The translations under genes and the position numbers were made by a program. A DNA stretch of 36,946 nt from a virus. The notes beneath the pieces were generated by a model. That model did no database searches, was not told the origin of the DNA, and saw nothing but the letters and a program-made list of their open reading frames with translations. Each line of letters begins with the position of its first letter. Within the stretch, counting starts at the first letter, position 1. The stretch is from the IMG/VR virus record IMGVR_UViG_3300045988_047290, positions 1-36,946 of that record; one strand, written 5' to 3'. This document shows, one piece after another, positions 14,572 through 22,659 of this stretch.

Positions 14572-15600
14572 ATGAAAATATTTGAAAAATTACGCATTAT
14601 AGAAGCCGGGGAAACCGCAAACTACTATGAAGAAGGGGGAAAGGCTTATAAATTAGTCATCTCTGCTAGTGCTTTCCCGTCTCTAGTGGCTTTAGGTAAT
14701 TCCCGGCCTATTCATGCACGCCGCACTCATAACGGTACGGACTTGCTAGACGGGTATATAGGGCATTTCGCCAACTTCACGCACGACGAAAATGCCGTTT
14801 ACGCTGACCTAGTTATGTCGGAAGCCCTGGAAAGTGCGTATCCTAGCGAATATAATTTTATGGTTGCTATGATCGAGAAGGAGCCAGAATTATTAGGCGT
14901 ATCGGTTAATCAGTCTGACGTTAAACAGTTGGACGAAGAAGCACAAACCGCAACCGTAACAGAAGTAAGAGAATTATTTAGTGCCGATTTGGTGGGACTT
15001 CCCGCGGCTACTAGTTCTTTATTTAATAATAATTTAAACAATTTATCAATGAGTAAATTTTGGACAAAATTAGCCGAGCTAGTTAAATCAACTAAGCTGG
15101 CTAGGGAAACAGTCACGACCAAAGAAGGGAAAGAGCTTGTTATTATCGCTCAAGGCGAGCAGGCGGCTCTAGGTGACGAGGTACAGGACGCCGAGGGTAA
15201 ACCCGTAGAGGATGGTGATTATTACATTTCGATTGGCGAAGGTGAGGATATGATTATATCAGTCGTAGCCGGAAAGATTTCTGACGTTAAAGAAGTGGAA
15301 AGCGAAGCTAAACGCGAAGAAGAGGGTCAAGAAGAACTTGCAACCGAGGAAGAAAAGCCGGAAGAAGATGATGAGGACAAAAAGAAAACCCCTACACCGG
15401 AAGAGCTTGCAGCGATTCGCAAAGAGGTTACCGAGCTGAAGACAATTGTCGCAGGTCTTAAGACGCAACTAAACAAGCGTACGGGCGCACCAGCAGCAGC
15501 GAAGACCGAATTGAAGACCGAGGTAAAGGCCGGAACAAAATTGAGCCGTGAAGAGGTTCAGAAGGCCGCGGCAGAAATGCGTAAAAAATTCAAATATTAA
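14572..15600 (+). CDS. Scaffold-like protein, possibly a prohead protease-scaffold fusion
   Basis: 342 aa, directly upstream of the capsid gene. The C-terminal half is acidic and coiled-coil (EEEGQEELATEEEKPEEDDEDKKK). The N-terminal RPIHARRTHNG...YIGHF...AVYADL...LLGVSV loosely resembles S78 proteases (from memory). Confidence 0.45.
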   Translation: MKIFEKLRIIEAGETANYYEEGGKAYKLVISASAFPSLVALGNSRPIHARRTHNGTDLLDGYIGHFANFTHDENAVYADLVMSEALESAYPSEYNFMVAMIEKEPELLGVSVNQSDVKQLDEEAQTATVTEVRELFSADLVGLPAATSSLFNNNLNNLSMSKFWTKLAELVKSTKLARETVTTKEGKELVIIAQGEQAALGDEVQDAEGKPVEDGDYYISIGEGEDMIISVVAGKISDVKEVESEAKREEEGQEELATEEEKPEEDDEDKKKTPTPEELAAIRKEVTELKTIVAGLKTQLNKRTGAPAAAKTELKTEVKAGTKLSREEVQKAAAEMRKKFKY

Positions 15601-15620
15601 TCTACTAAAACATTAAAATT

Positions 15621-16577
15621 ATGGCATTTACATTTAGCGATTTAAACAAATTGAATATCGACAGCCTAGCCGATGTTATCTCATTGACTCTGGGTTTGGA
15701 GGGCGAATTGTCCAACGGAGTAACCGTGTTAGCAGGCATTGAAAAGGGCAAACCTGTTTTGACCTTCACGGCAACAGACAAAGCGGTAAGACGTTCCGCG
15801 GGTTGCGATAGCGAATACAAGTACAGTGCTTTGCAAGACAAGGTTAAATACTACGATCACGCACAGATTGAGTTGCCCATCGTGGTTTGTCTGCAAGACT
15901 TGTGGGGTAAAATGGTTGCGAAGGGCGTTCACCTTTCAGCTGATTTCGATCAAACCCAGTTGGCAGCGTTCATGCAGAATGAAATTTTGAAAGTGCTGGA
16001 GGCTGACATGTTACGTCTCGTATGGCTGGACGGTCTGAAAACAACCGATACAGCAGGTGAATACACAGTATTCAAAAACGGCGGTATCATCAAGCAGATG
16101 CAGGCATCAACCGAATCTATTAAGGCCCTCGTTCCTTCTGGAGCCGGTGCTAACGTTTTGGAGTGTCTGAAATGGTGTATCGACAACCAGCGTGCCGATC
16201 AACTTGACGAATCAGAATTCTATGTATCTAGTAACATTATGCGTGCTTACAAGGACTTGGTAGAAGCAAAAGATAACCATTTGGCACAAGCTAACCTGGA
16301 GAACGGCAAACCCGCGTACTACTTCGAAGGTTACAAGTTGAACGAATTGCGCCACGTGTCTAACAGCGCTAAGGGCGACGCTTTAACTGTTCAGTCATTC
16401 ATCGCATTCTCACCGAAAACTAACATTCAGTTGGCTTTGGAAGACTCAAATCTGACTATTGATCCGTTCATCCGCGATGCTAAGGACCGTAAATATTACA
16501 GTACAACTGTATTTGCAGCTGATGCTATGCTTGCAGTTCCGGAGTATATGAAATTGTGCACCGCAGCAGGTGTTTAA
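15621..16577 (+). CDS. Major capsid protein (putative, HK97-fold size class)
   Basis: 318 aa. The call rests on position after the scaffold-like gene and on size. No diagnostic motif could be read by eye. Confidence 0.55.
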   Translation: MAFTFSDLNKLNIDSLADVISLTLGLEGELSNGVTVLAGIEKGKPVLTFTATDKAVRRSAGCDSEYKYSALQDKVKYYDHAQIELPIVVCLQDLWGKMVAKGVHLSADFDQTQLAAFMQNEILKVLEADMLRLVWLDGLKTTDTAGEYTVFKNGGIIKQMQASTESIKALVPSGAGANVLECLKWCIDNQRADQLDESEFYVSSNIMRAYKDLVEAKDNHLAQANLENGKPAYYFEGYKLNELRHVSNSAKGDALTVQSFIAFSPKTNIQLALEDSNLTIDPFIRDAKDRKYYSTTVFAADAMLAVPEYMKLCTAAGV

Positions 16578-16596
16578 TAATTAAAACAAAGTTTAA

Positions 16597-17133
16597 ATGG
16601 CTTGTATAAAGACATTAAATAAAGCAATTACCTACGACTGCCAACCCGGTAGCGTAGGTATCGCTGAAATGTATCTGATTAACTTTGACGACGTAACCGC
16701 CACAACAGTAGAGGGGGTTAATCACATAATGGCTATAACGCTAAGACCGGGCGCAAAAACCGTTCCGGTTGAATGCTATAAGAATGGCGCGAAGTTGACG
16801 GAAGCGTTGAAGTTATCAGATGTTTCGGCAGGATTGGATCAGTCTGTTATGTTCACAGTGTATAATAAATCCGTTCCAGATGCTAACACTATTTTAGCGG
16901 CATTACTATTGGGGCGTTTCATGGCAGCGATCAAATTGAACGATATTAACTCAACGCCGATAATGGCGGGGTATAAATGTGGGCTTGAGATTTCACAAGC
17001 TGATACGGACTCTAGTGCGGCAGGTGGTTTTACTACAATAACGATTAAAACGCCGGACGATGCTAGAGGAGAAAATAGAACAACAATTGCTTCGGCAGCG
17101 TGGACAACGATCAAAGCCGCAAAACTTGTATAA
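16597..17133 (+). CDS. Structural paralog 1 of 3 (candidate major tail/tube protein)
   Basis: 178 aa. MACIKTLNKAITYDC...GGFTTITIKTPDD is shared with the next two genes. Confidence 0.6.
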   Translation: MACIKTLNKAITYDCQPGSVGIAEMYLINFDDVTATTVEGVNHIMAITLRPGAKTVPVECYKNGAKLTEALKLSDVSAGLDQSVMFTVYNKSVPDANTILAALLLGRFMAAIKLNDINSTPIMAGYKCGLEISQADTDSSAAGGFTTITIKTPDDARGENRTTIASAAWTTIKAAKLV

Positions 17134-17134
17134 T

Positions 17135-17668
17135 ATGGGATGTTTAAGTAAATTAAATAAAGCGATCTTAGTTGATTGCGATGGAGGGGCAACAGGCGTA
17201 GCCGAGATGCTTCTTATCAACATGGCGGATATTGCTACGAAGAGCGTAGCGGATGGCATTGCCACTATAACGCTAGCCGCTGACGCTAAGGCCGTGCTGG
17301 TTGAAAGTAACAAGAAGGGCGTAAACGCTACGGAGGAAATAAAGCAGAACGATAACGCGCCAACGGCGTTAACACAGGCGGTTACGTTCACGCTGTATGC
17401 AAAGCATGTAGGTGGAACGTGGATAGTAAATCAAATTCTGAACGGGTCATTTTTGGCGCTTGTAAATTATAAGACCAGGGAAAAACGCGTATTCGGGTAT
17501 AATTACGGAATGGTTCTTTCCTCACTAAGTGAGGACGCAAACGCAAACGGTGGTTTTACTACTATCACGCTATCAACACCGGAAAACGTTATAGGGGAGA
17601 TGAGATTGACTTTTAATGGGGCGAGCTACGACAGTCTAAGAGCCGCGGCGATCGTAACAGAATCATAA
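17135..17668 (+). CDS. Structural paralog 2 of 3
   Basis: The in-frame ATG at 17135 lies 1 nt after the paralog 1 stop, and the ORF-track start at 17060 overlaps paralog 1. MGCLSKLNKAILVDC...GGFTTITLSTPEN. Confidence 0.6.
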   Translation: MGCLSKLNKAILVDCDGGATGVAEMLLINMADIATKSVADGIATITLAADAKAVLVESNKKGVNATEEIKQNDNAPTALTQAVTFTLYAKHVGGTWIVNQILNGSFLALVNYKTREKRVFGYNYGMVLSSLSEDANANGGFTTITLSTPENVIGEMRLTFNGASYDSLRAAAIVTES

Positions 17669-17681
17669 TGGAGGATATTAT

Positions 17682-18221
17682 ATGGCATGTTTAAAAAAAC
17701 TAGATCAGGATATAGCGTATGATTGCGCTAATTTTACGCTGACTGGCGGAACGGGCGAAATAGATGAGGCAATCGTTATCAATTCATCTGACATCTCCAC
17801 TATATCAGAAACAGGAGGGGTGGGGACAATCACGATGATAACCGGGAAAAAGGGATACGTGGTTAACTCTGTTAACAATTCCGTGATGTATCAGGAGGCA
17901 ATTAAAGCAAACGATATAGTACCCGCAGCAGAGGATCAGAGCGTCGTTATTAAGGTTATGTCGTCTGCTGATAGCACGGCTTATCGTTTGGCATTAACGA
18001 GCCTTCTAAAGGGTAATTTCCGGGTGGCGTTGAAGTCTAAATCAGGTAACTATTATTTGGCAGGCGCATTTTGCGGCTTGGAAGCTTCGGACTTTGCAAC
18101 CGATTCTAGCAACGGTGGTATATCAACCATCACACTTAAAACACCGGAAGCGTCAACGGGTGATATGTTGGTAACGCTCACCAAAGCGGCGTACGACGGT
18201 CTAAAGATACCGAAAGTTTAA
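17682..18221 (+). CDS. Structural paralog 3 of 3
   Basis: 179 aa. MACLKKLDQDIAYDC...GGISTITLKTPEA. Confidence 0.6.
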   Translation: MACLKKLDQDIAYDCANFTLTGGTGEIDEAIVINSSDISTISETGGVGTITMITGKKGYVVNSVNNSVMYQEAIKANDIVPAAEDQSVVIKVMSSADSTAYRLALTSLLKGNFRVALKSKSGNYYLAGAFCGLEASDFATDSSNGGISTITLKTPEASTGDMLVTLTKAAYDGLKIPKV

Positions 18222-18242
18222 TAAATTAAAACAGTTTAAAAG

Positions 18243-18758
18243 ATGGAAAAAATTACAGATATAGGGCAGATCGTGGCATTGTGTCAAACAATGACTAATC
18301 TAAAATTGGATATTGTGTGCGGTGCGGATCGCCTGTTTGCGCAACGCTGGTATGAAGAACGTTATTTGACAGGACAGCACACCCGTTACGTAATGAAGCC
18401 GGGGTTGTTCATCAACTCGATCGAGGACGGAAGAGTATACCGTGCATTCAACACAAGCGACGAGAAGGCAGTAGCCTTCATGGAATCAAACGAGAATTAC
18501 AAGGACTATTTTATAGACTTGCAGTCCGAAGCCGTTACAATTCCGGAAACAGGCGACGACCCGTTCGCACCGGAAGCCCCGGCGGAAGAACCAGAAGCCC
18601 CGGCAGAAGAACCGGAAGCAGAACCGGAACTATCGGAGGAAGAGATCGCAGCGGCTAAACGCAGTGAGGCGGCTAAAAAGGCAGCGGCTACTAGAGCAGC
18701 AAACAAGGCAGCGGCGGAAGCAGAAGCCGCCGAGGGTCTTAAGGAGTTCGAAGAATAA
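18243..18758 (+). CDS. Hypothetical virion-module protein with an acidic PEAPAEE repeat and an Ala/Lys-rich tail
   Basis: 171 aa. A 21-bp repeat lies at 18570-18629. Confidence 0.55.
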   Translation: MEKITDIGQIVALCQTMTNLKLDIVCGADRLFAQRWYEERYLTGQHTRYVMKPGLFINSIEDGRVYRAFNTSDEKAVAFMESNENYKDYFIDLQSEAVTIPETGDDPFAPEAPAEEPEAPAEEPEAEPELSEEEIAAAKRSEAAKKAAATRAANKAAAEAEAAEGLKEFEE

Positions 18759-18775
18759 TATAAAAATGTAAATCA

Positions 18776-19924
18776 ATGATCGCAGCAAAGAAAATAGAGT
18801 TAATAGTACGCAGGGCACTGAATTTAGTGCCCCGTACTTCTGAAGGGGTGGTTAGTTACGATGTAGATAATCTATACCCACAACGTATCGCAAATCTTAT
18901 CGACGCTAGCAAAACCGCTACGGCGTGTTGCGACAAAGCGAAGGAAAATATAATTTGCGAAGGGTTCGTTAACGAAGAATTTGCAGCGAGAACCAACGAG
19001 CACGGCCAAGATATGAACGATGTTTTAGAGTTCGTAGCGGACGAGATACCGAGATATAGAGGTTACGCGTTAATAGTACAATATGGCGGCGATGGTCGCC
19101 CTTTGTACTGTTATCCCGTGCCGTTCGGCTACGTTCGTGCCGTTCTTAACGAGGACTACAAGCGCGATTCGATCGTGCGGAAATGGCGAGTATTTGACAA
19201 CTGGGAACGCGAGATGCTGAAGGATACGAACGTTAAAACAGGCGTAGTTTATCCGAATTTCAATCCGAAAAACTTTTGGAAAGAGTGTGAAGAGTACGGA
19301 GGTATTGAAAACCATCCGGGGCAACTCTATTATGCTAATTTCTCAAATCGTCGGCCCTATCCTATCAGCCCGTTTCACGCAGTACAGCCGGAAATGGGAG
19401 CAGAACACGGGAACGCCTTGTATGTCGAGAACGTACTGGCACGCGGATTCCACGCTTGCAGCGTCGTATCGCACGGGATGTTTCAGAGCGACCAGGAGCA
19501 GAACGAGTTCCGTGAAGCCATTACCGAAATGATGGGTGTTGAAGGAACTGGTGCGGTACTCACGGTAAGAGACGATAATGTAGGCATTACAGAGAAGCCC
19601 TTTATCCGGGTGGATCAAATAGGTACGCCTATCGATTCCGACCTGTATAAGTCGTATTGCGAGCCGCTTCGGAAAGACATTGCGATTTCTTGTTTCACCA
19701 TTCCGATCCCGCTTATCGATTCATCGTTGATTAGCTTCTCGAATGCGTCGGGCGAAGTGGTTAAGGAAATGCAGCGCGTTTACCGCCGTTCATTGACACG
19801 TGTCCGCGATAAGATTTCCCGTGACCTGGCGTATATATTCGACATAGACCCGGAAATAACTAAGATTAAAAACGATTTGGAAGGCGATGTGGTTACACCC
19901 GCCGACCAAGTAATAACGGATTAA
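18776..19924 (+). CDS. Portal protein (putative)
   Basis: 382 aa. N-terminal YDVDNLYPQRIANLIDASKT...ICEGF and FREAITEMMGVEGTGAVLTV resemble Phage_portal-type proteins (from memory). Confidence 0.6.
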   Translation: MIAAKKIELIVRRALNLVPRTSEGVVSYDVDNLYPQRIANLIDASKTATACCDKAKENIICEGFVNEEFAARTNEHGQDMNDVLEFVADEIPRYRGYALIVQYGGDGRPLYCYPVPFGYVRAVLNEDYKRDSIVRKWRVFDNWEREMLKDTNVKTGVVYPNFNPKNFWKECEEYGGIENHPGQLYYANFSNRRPYPISPFHAVQPEMGAEHGNALYVENVLARGFHACSVVSHGMFQSDQEQNEFREAITEMMGVEGTGAVLTVRDDNVGITEKPFIRVDQIGTPIDSDLYKSYCEPLRKDIAISCFTIPIPLIDSSLISFSNASGEVVKEMQRVYRRSLTRVRDKISRDLAYIFDIDPEITKIKNDLEGDVVTPADQVITD

Positions 19925-19925
19925 T

Positions 19926-20363
19926 ATGGCATACCCGATCCAATTACTACGAGATTTGTTTACGATCGCGAAGGACGTTAAGGATAGCGACATCGAAAAA
20001 GCTTTTTACGAGGCCGATATGCTTGACATGTCGCCGCAACTTCACCGATCGTATGAAGAGATACCGCCGGAATACCTAGGTGACACACCGGCGCGTACAG
20101 GAGCTAATAAGGTATTGTGCTACTATGCCTTTGCGCGCTACTTGCAGACAAGCGAACAGCAGAGCACGGCGAGCGGCCTAAAAATACAAAACTATGGGGG
20201 CAGCTACGTTTTAGCAGATGACAACAAGGCAAGGCGGTTTGAGGCGGAACGTGGAAAAGCTGATTTATTTATAGTCCCGCTAATCAAGGTGTTTAAAACC
20301 GCCGGACTGATTAAAGAGGAATGTTCACACAGGGTACAATCACGGATATGTTTGATAAAATAA
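19926..20363 (+). CDS. Hypothetical protein, 145 aa (possible head-tail connector)
   Basis: ORF track. The call rests only on adjacency to the portal gene. Confidence 0.45.
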   Translation: MAYPIQLLRDLFTIAKDVKDSDIEKAFYEADMLDMSPQLHRSYEEIPPEYLGDTPARTGANKVLCYYAFARYLQTSEQQSTASGLKIQNYGGSYVLADDNKARRFEAERGKADLFIVPLIKVFKTAGLIKEECSHRVQSRICLIK

Positions 20364-20890
20364 TGGATGGAGTTTTTGATACGGCGCGCGTCGCGTCTTT
20401 AGCTTTCCTACTAACCGTTACTAATGATGTGATGACTTTCTTTGTTCTGATAATCTTATTTGGCGCGTTAAATTTTATAGTGGGACTTATTGCAGGTTTA
20501 AGGGCCGGCGAAAAATACAGCCATAAAAAGGCTTTCCACGCCTTCTTTGAGTACGCGATCGCGGCGATCGTGATTCTATTCACAGCAGCAGGCGCGCGGC
20601 TTATCGAGCCGACAGGGAACTATACGGACTTATTACGATTACTTACAACGCTTTTTGCGTTGGTGTATTCCAAGAATATTATCCGTAACTTTAAAAAGAT
20701 CCAACCGGATAACGAGTTTATCGCGGTACTGGATATACTGATTAATACTAAATATTTGGACTTTATAAAACATTTGAAAAATGCGAAACTTCACAATTCA
20801 AGAGCTAACCGCGTCAACGACAGCGGCGGCGAAGAGGATCAACAACGATCCGACGCCGGAAGCAGCGGAGAATCTGAAACTGTTAGTTGA
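20363..20890 (+). CDS. Holin-like multi-TM protein
   Basis: Three to four hydrophobic helices (LAFLLTVTNDVMTFFVLIILFGALNFIVGLIAGL, AIAAIVILFTAAG, LLRLLTTLFALVY) directly upstream of the endolysin. The ATG at 20363 gives a TAATG junction; ATGs at 20321 and 20348 are alternatives. Confidence 0.55.
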   Translation: MDGVFDTARVASLAFLLTVTNDVMTFFVLIILFGALNFIVGLIAGLRAGEKYSHKKAFHAFFEYAIAAIVILFTAAGARLIEPTGNYTDLLRLLTTLFALVYSKNIIRNFKKIQPDNEFIAVLDILINTKYLDFIKHLKNAKLHNSRANRVNDSGGEEDQQRSDAGSSGESETVS

Positions 20891-21179
20891 TAGGGTACTA
20901 GACCCTCTTAGGGACGCGTACGGCAAGCCGATCCGGGTTAATAGTGGATATAGATCGCCAGCCCTAAACGCGGCGGTGAAAGGCTCTAAAACGTCGCAGC
21001 ACATGAAGGGACAAGCGGCGGACATAACAGGAGGTAACAAACAGGAGAATAAAAAACTCTTTGAACTGGCACAGGAACTCAATTTGCCCTATTGCCAGCT
21101 TATCGACGAGAAGAATTTTTCATGGGTGCATATCTCATACGATCCGAACAACGTGAAACGTCAAATACTTCACCTATGA
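20781..21179 (+). CDS. Endolysin, peptidase M15 (VanY / L-Ala-D-Glu peptidase type)
   Basis: SGYRSPALNAAVKGSKTSQHMKGQAADI plus WVHISY fit the H-x6-D...H zinc-ligand arrangement of the M15 family. Confidence 0.85.
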   Translation: MRNFTIQELTASTTAAAKRINNDPTPEAAENLKLLVDRVLDPLRDAYGKPIRVNSGYRSPALNAAVKGSKTSQHMKGQAADITGGNKQENKKLFELAQELNLPYCQLIDEKNFSWVHISYDPNNVKRQILHL

Positions 21180-21763
21180 AAATAACATTGAATAAGATAT
21201 TAGTGTGTTTAGCGGTCCTTCTAGCCATTTTATTGTACGCGTCGTACAAGACTATAAAAAGGCAGCATAAAGAGCTAGAACGGCAGGAAAACAACCTCAC
21301 CGCGCTTAACTCCGAGGCTGTATCGTTCAAAACTACGGCAGGCGATTATGCGGAACAAGCCAGGCAGCTAAAACTAGAGAAGGACGAACTGGAATTGTAT
21401 AACACCGACCTATATAATAAGGTACGCGCGGCGGGAATAAAGATAAGGGAGCTTAAGAACGCTACAAGGGCCGAGACAGTTACCAAGGTGGACACTGTGG
21501 TTAAGACAGAATACCGGGACGGAAACGAAGAAAACCGATTTGCCCACTATTTTGACGGATGGAACGATATACAAGTTGAAGCCAGACCGGACACGACAAT
21601 TATAAAATCTAGCAGTGTTGACACGATCGACGTGATCGGATCAGTCAAACAAAAGCGGTTTTTATTCTTCCGGATCGGAAAACCGAAACAAACCATAACC
21701 GTATCGAATAAAAACCCAAAATCTAAAATACACGTAGAATTCTCGGCAGAATTCGACAAATAA
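21176..21763 (+). CDS. Spanin-like protein: N-terminal TM anchor plus coiled coil
   Basis: The ATG at 21176 overlaps the endolysin stop (ATGA). MKITLNKILVCLAVLLAILLYASY is followed by KELERQENNL...LKLEKDELELYNTDLYNKV. Confidence 0.5.
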   Translation: MKITLNKILVCLAVLLAILLYASYKTIKRQHKELERQENNLTALNSEAVSFKTTAGDYAEQARQLKLEKDELELYNTDLYNKVRAAGIKIRELKNATRAETVTKVDTVVKTEYRDGNEENRFAHYFDGWNDIQVEARPDTTIIKSSSVDTIDVIGSVKQKRFLFFRIGKPKQTITVSNKNPKSKIHVEFSAEFDK

Positions 21764-21765
21764 CG

Positions 21766-21777
21766 CTTTCCATCTTT
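21766..21777 (+). repeat. 12-bp inverted repeat, left arm CTTTCCATCTTT
   Basis: Its exact reverse complement is at 21929-21940. Confidence 0.7.
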
Positions 21778-21813
21778 CACAAACGCCTTTTCATCTTTTA
21801 CACTTGAAAACTT

Positions 21814-21846
21814 AAAACGCTGATTCGTAACGAGTTGGCGTTTTTG
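21814..21846 (+). terminator. Terminator-like hairpin at the end of the late arc
   Basis: AAAACGC (21814-21820) pairs with GCGTTTT (21838-21844). An inner TCGT/ACGA pairing is also possible, and a T run follows. Confidence 0.5.
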
Positions 21847-21847
21847 C

Positions 21848-21942
21848 ATGTAAATGATTAAAATTTGTATCTTTTACACTTAACTAGCTTATTTATAGTA
21901 CTTTATACTGTAATATAGTGTATTTGTCAAAGATGGAAAGAT
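21848..21942 (+). repeat. Conserved 95-bp noncoding element, copy 2
   Basis: 88/95 identical to 1762-1856. Confidence 0.9.
21929..21940 (-). repeat. 12-bp inverted repeat, right arm AAAGATGGAAAG
   Basis: Reverse complement of 21766-21777. Confidence 0.7.
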
Positions 21943-22223
21943 GATATATAGAGATAAGAATGAAATAGTAATATAATATATAAAATATGTAAATATATGA
22001 ATTAATATGTGAATGAATTTATAGAAATATTTAAATATAAACTATATAGAAAACTATCATACATCTTAGACACTTCACCTGTTTTTGCCACATAACTAGC
22101 TGATACGCACGCAGTTAAGGCATGAAAGATACGTTGAAAAAGGGCTATTCTTCATTGACACCGTTATCAAACCTACAAAACCGTTAATCAGAGTTAAATT
22201 ACTAAAGTTTTTTGGGAGATAGT

Positions 22224-22253
22224 TTTGTAGTTCGAAATAAAGCTGTACCTTTG
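22224..22253 (+). promoter_or_regulatory. Early promoter P-E1 (Bacteroidota type)
   Basis: TTTG at 22224-22227, an 18-nt spacer, then TACCTTTG at 22246-22253. The upstream 14-mer ACTAAAGTTTTTTG is shared with the promoter at 29814. Confidence 0.7.
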
Positions 22254-22329
22254 TCATATCGAAATGAGAAACCAACTAAATTTGTTGAACTATTCCGATA
22301 CCGGAGAATCGTTTTAAACATTACTAGAT

Positions 22330-22659
22330 ATGGCAGCAATAGACATTTATAAGTTAGAAGCGTTCTTTTATAAGATTATACGGGAGAGGATTACGGCGTG
22401 CAAAACGATAGGCGAGGCTACAATGCTATACGGCTATCCGGGCAACTCGAAAATGGTGTTCGATGATTTGCAACGAGAAGAAGAGGCTGGAAAAAAGTTT
22501 AAGTATAAAATCCGGGGCTTTATAATTCCACATGCCAAACGTTACGAAACTATTTTCGAGCAGGCCCGGCGCGCCGCGTACTCCGATCACGTACAAACTT
22601 ATCGAACGTCTGACAAATTGAATTTTAAATTTAACGAAAAGATGAAATGGAAAAAGTAG
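22330..22659 (+). CDS. Hypothetical early protein, 109 aa (first gene after P-E1)
   Basis: ORF track. No motif recognised. Confidence 0.6.
   Translation: MAAIDIYKLEAFFYKIIRERITACKTIGEATMLYGYPGNSKMVFDDLQREEEAGKKFKYKIRGFIIPHAKRYETIFEQARRAAYSDHVQTYRTSDKLNFKFNEKMKWKK

Noticed and set aside
22264-22314. A 16-codon ORF (MRNQLNLLNYSDTGESF*) in the 5' leader of the first early gene.
   Set aside because: It is too short to support from sequence alone. It could be a leader peptide, but nothing in the sequence requires it.
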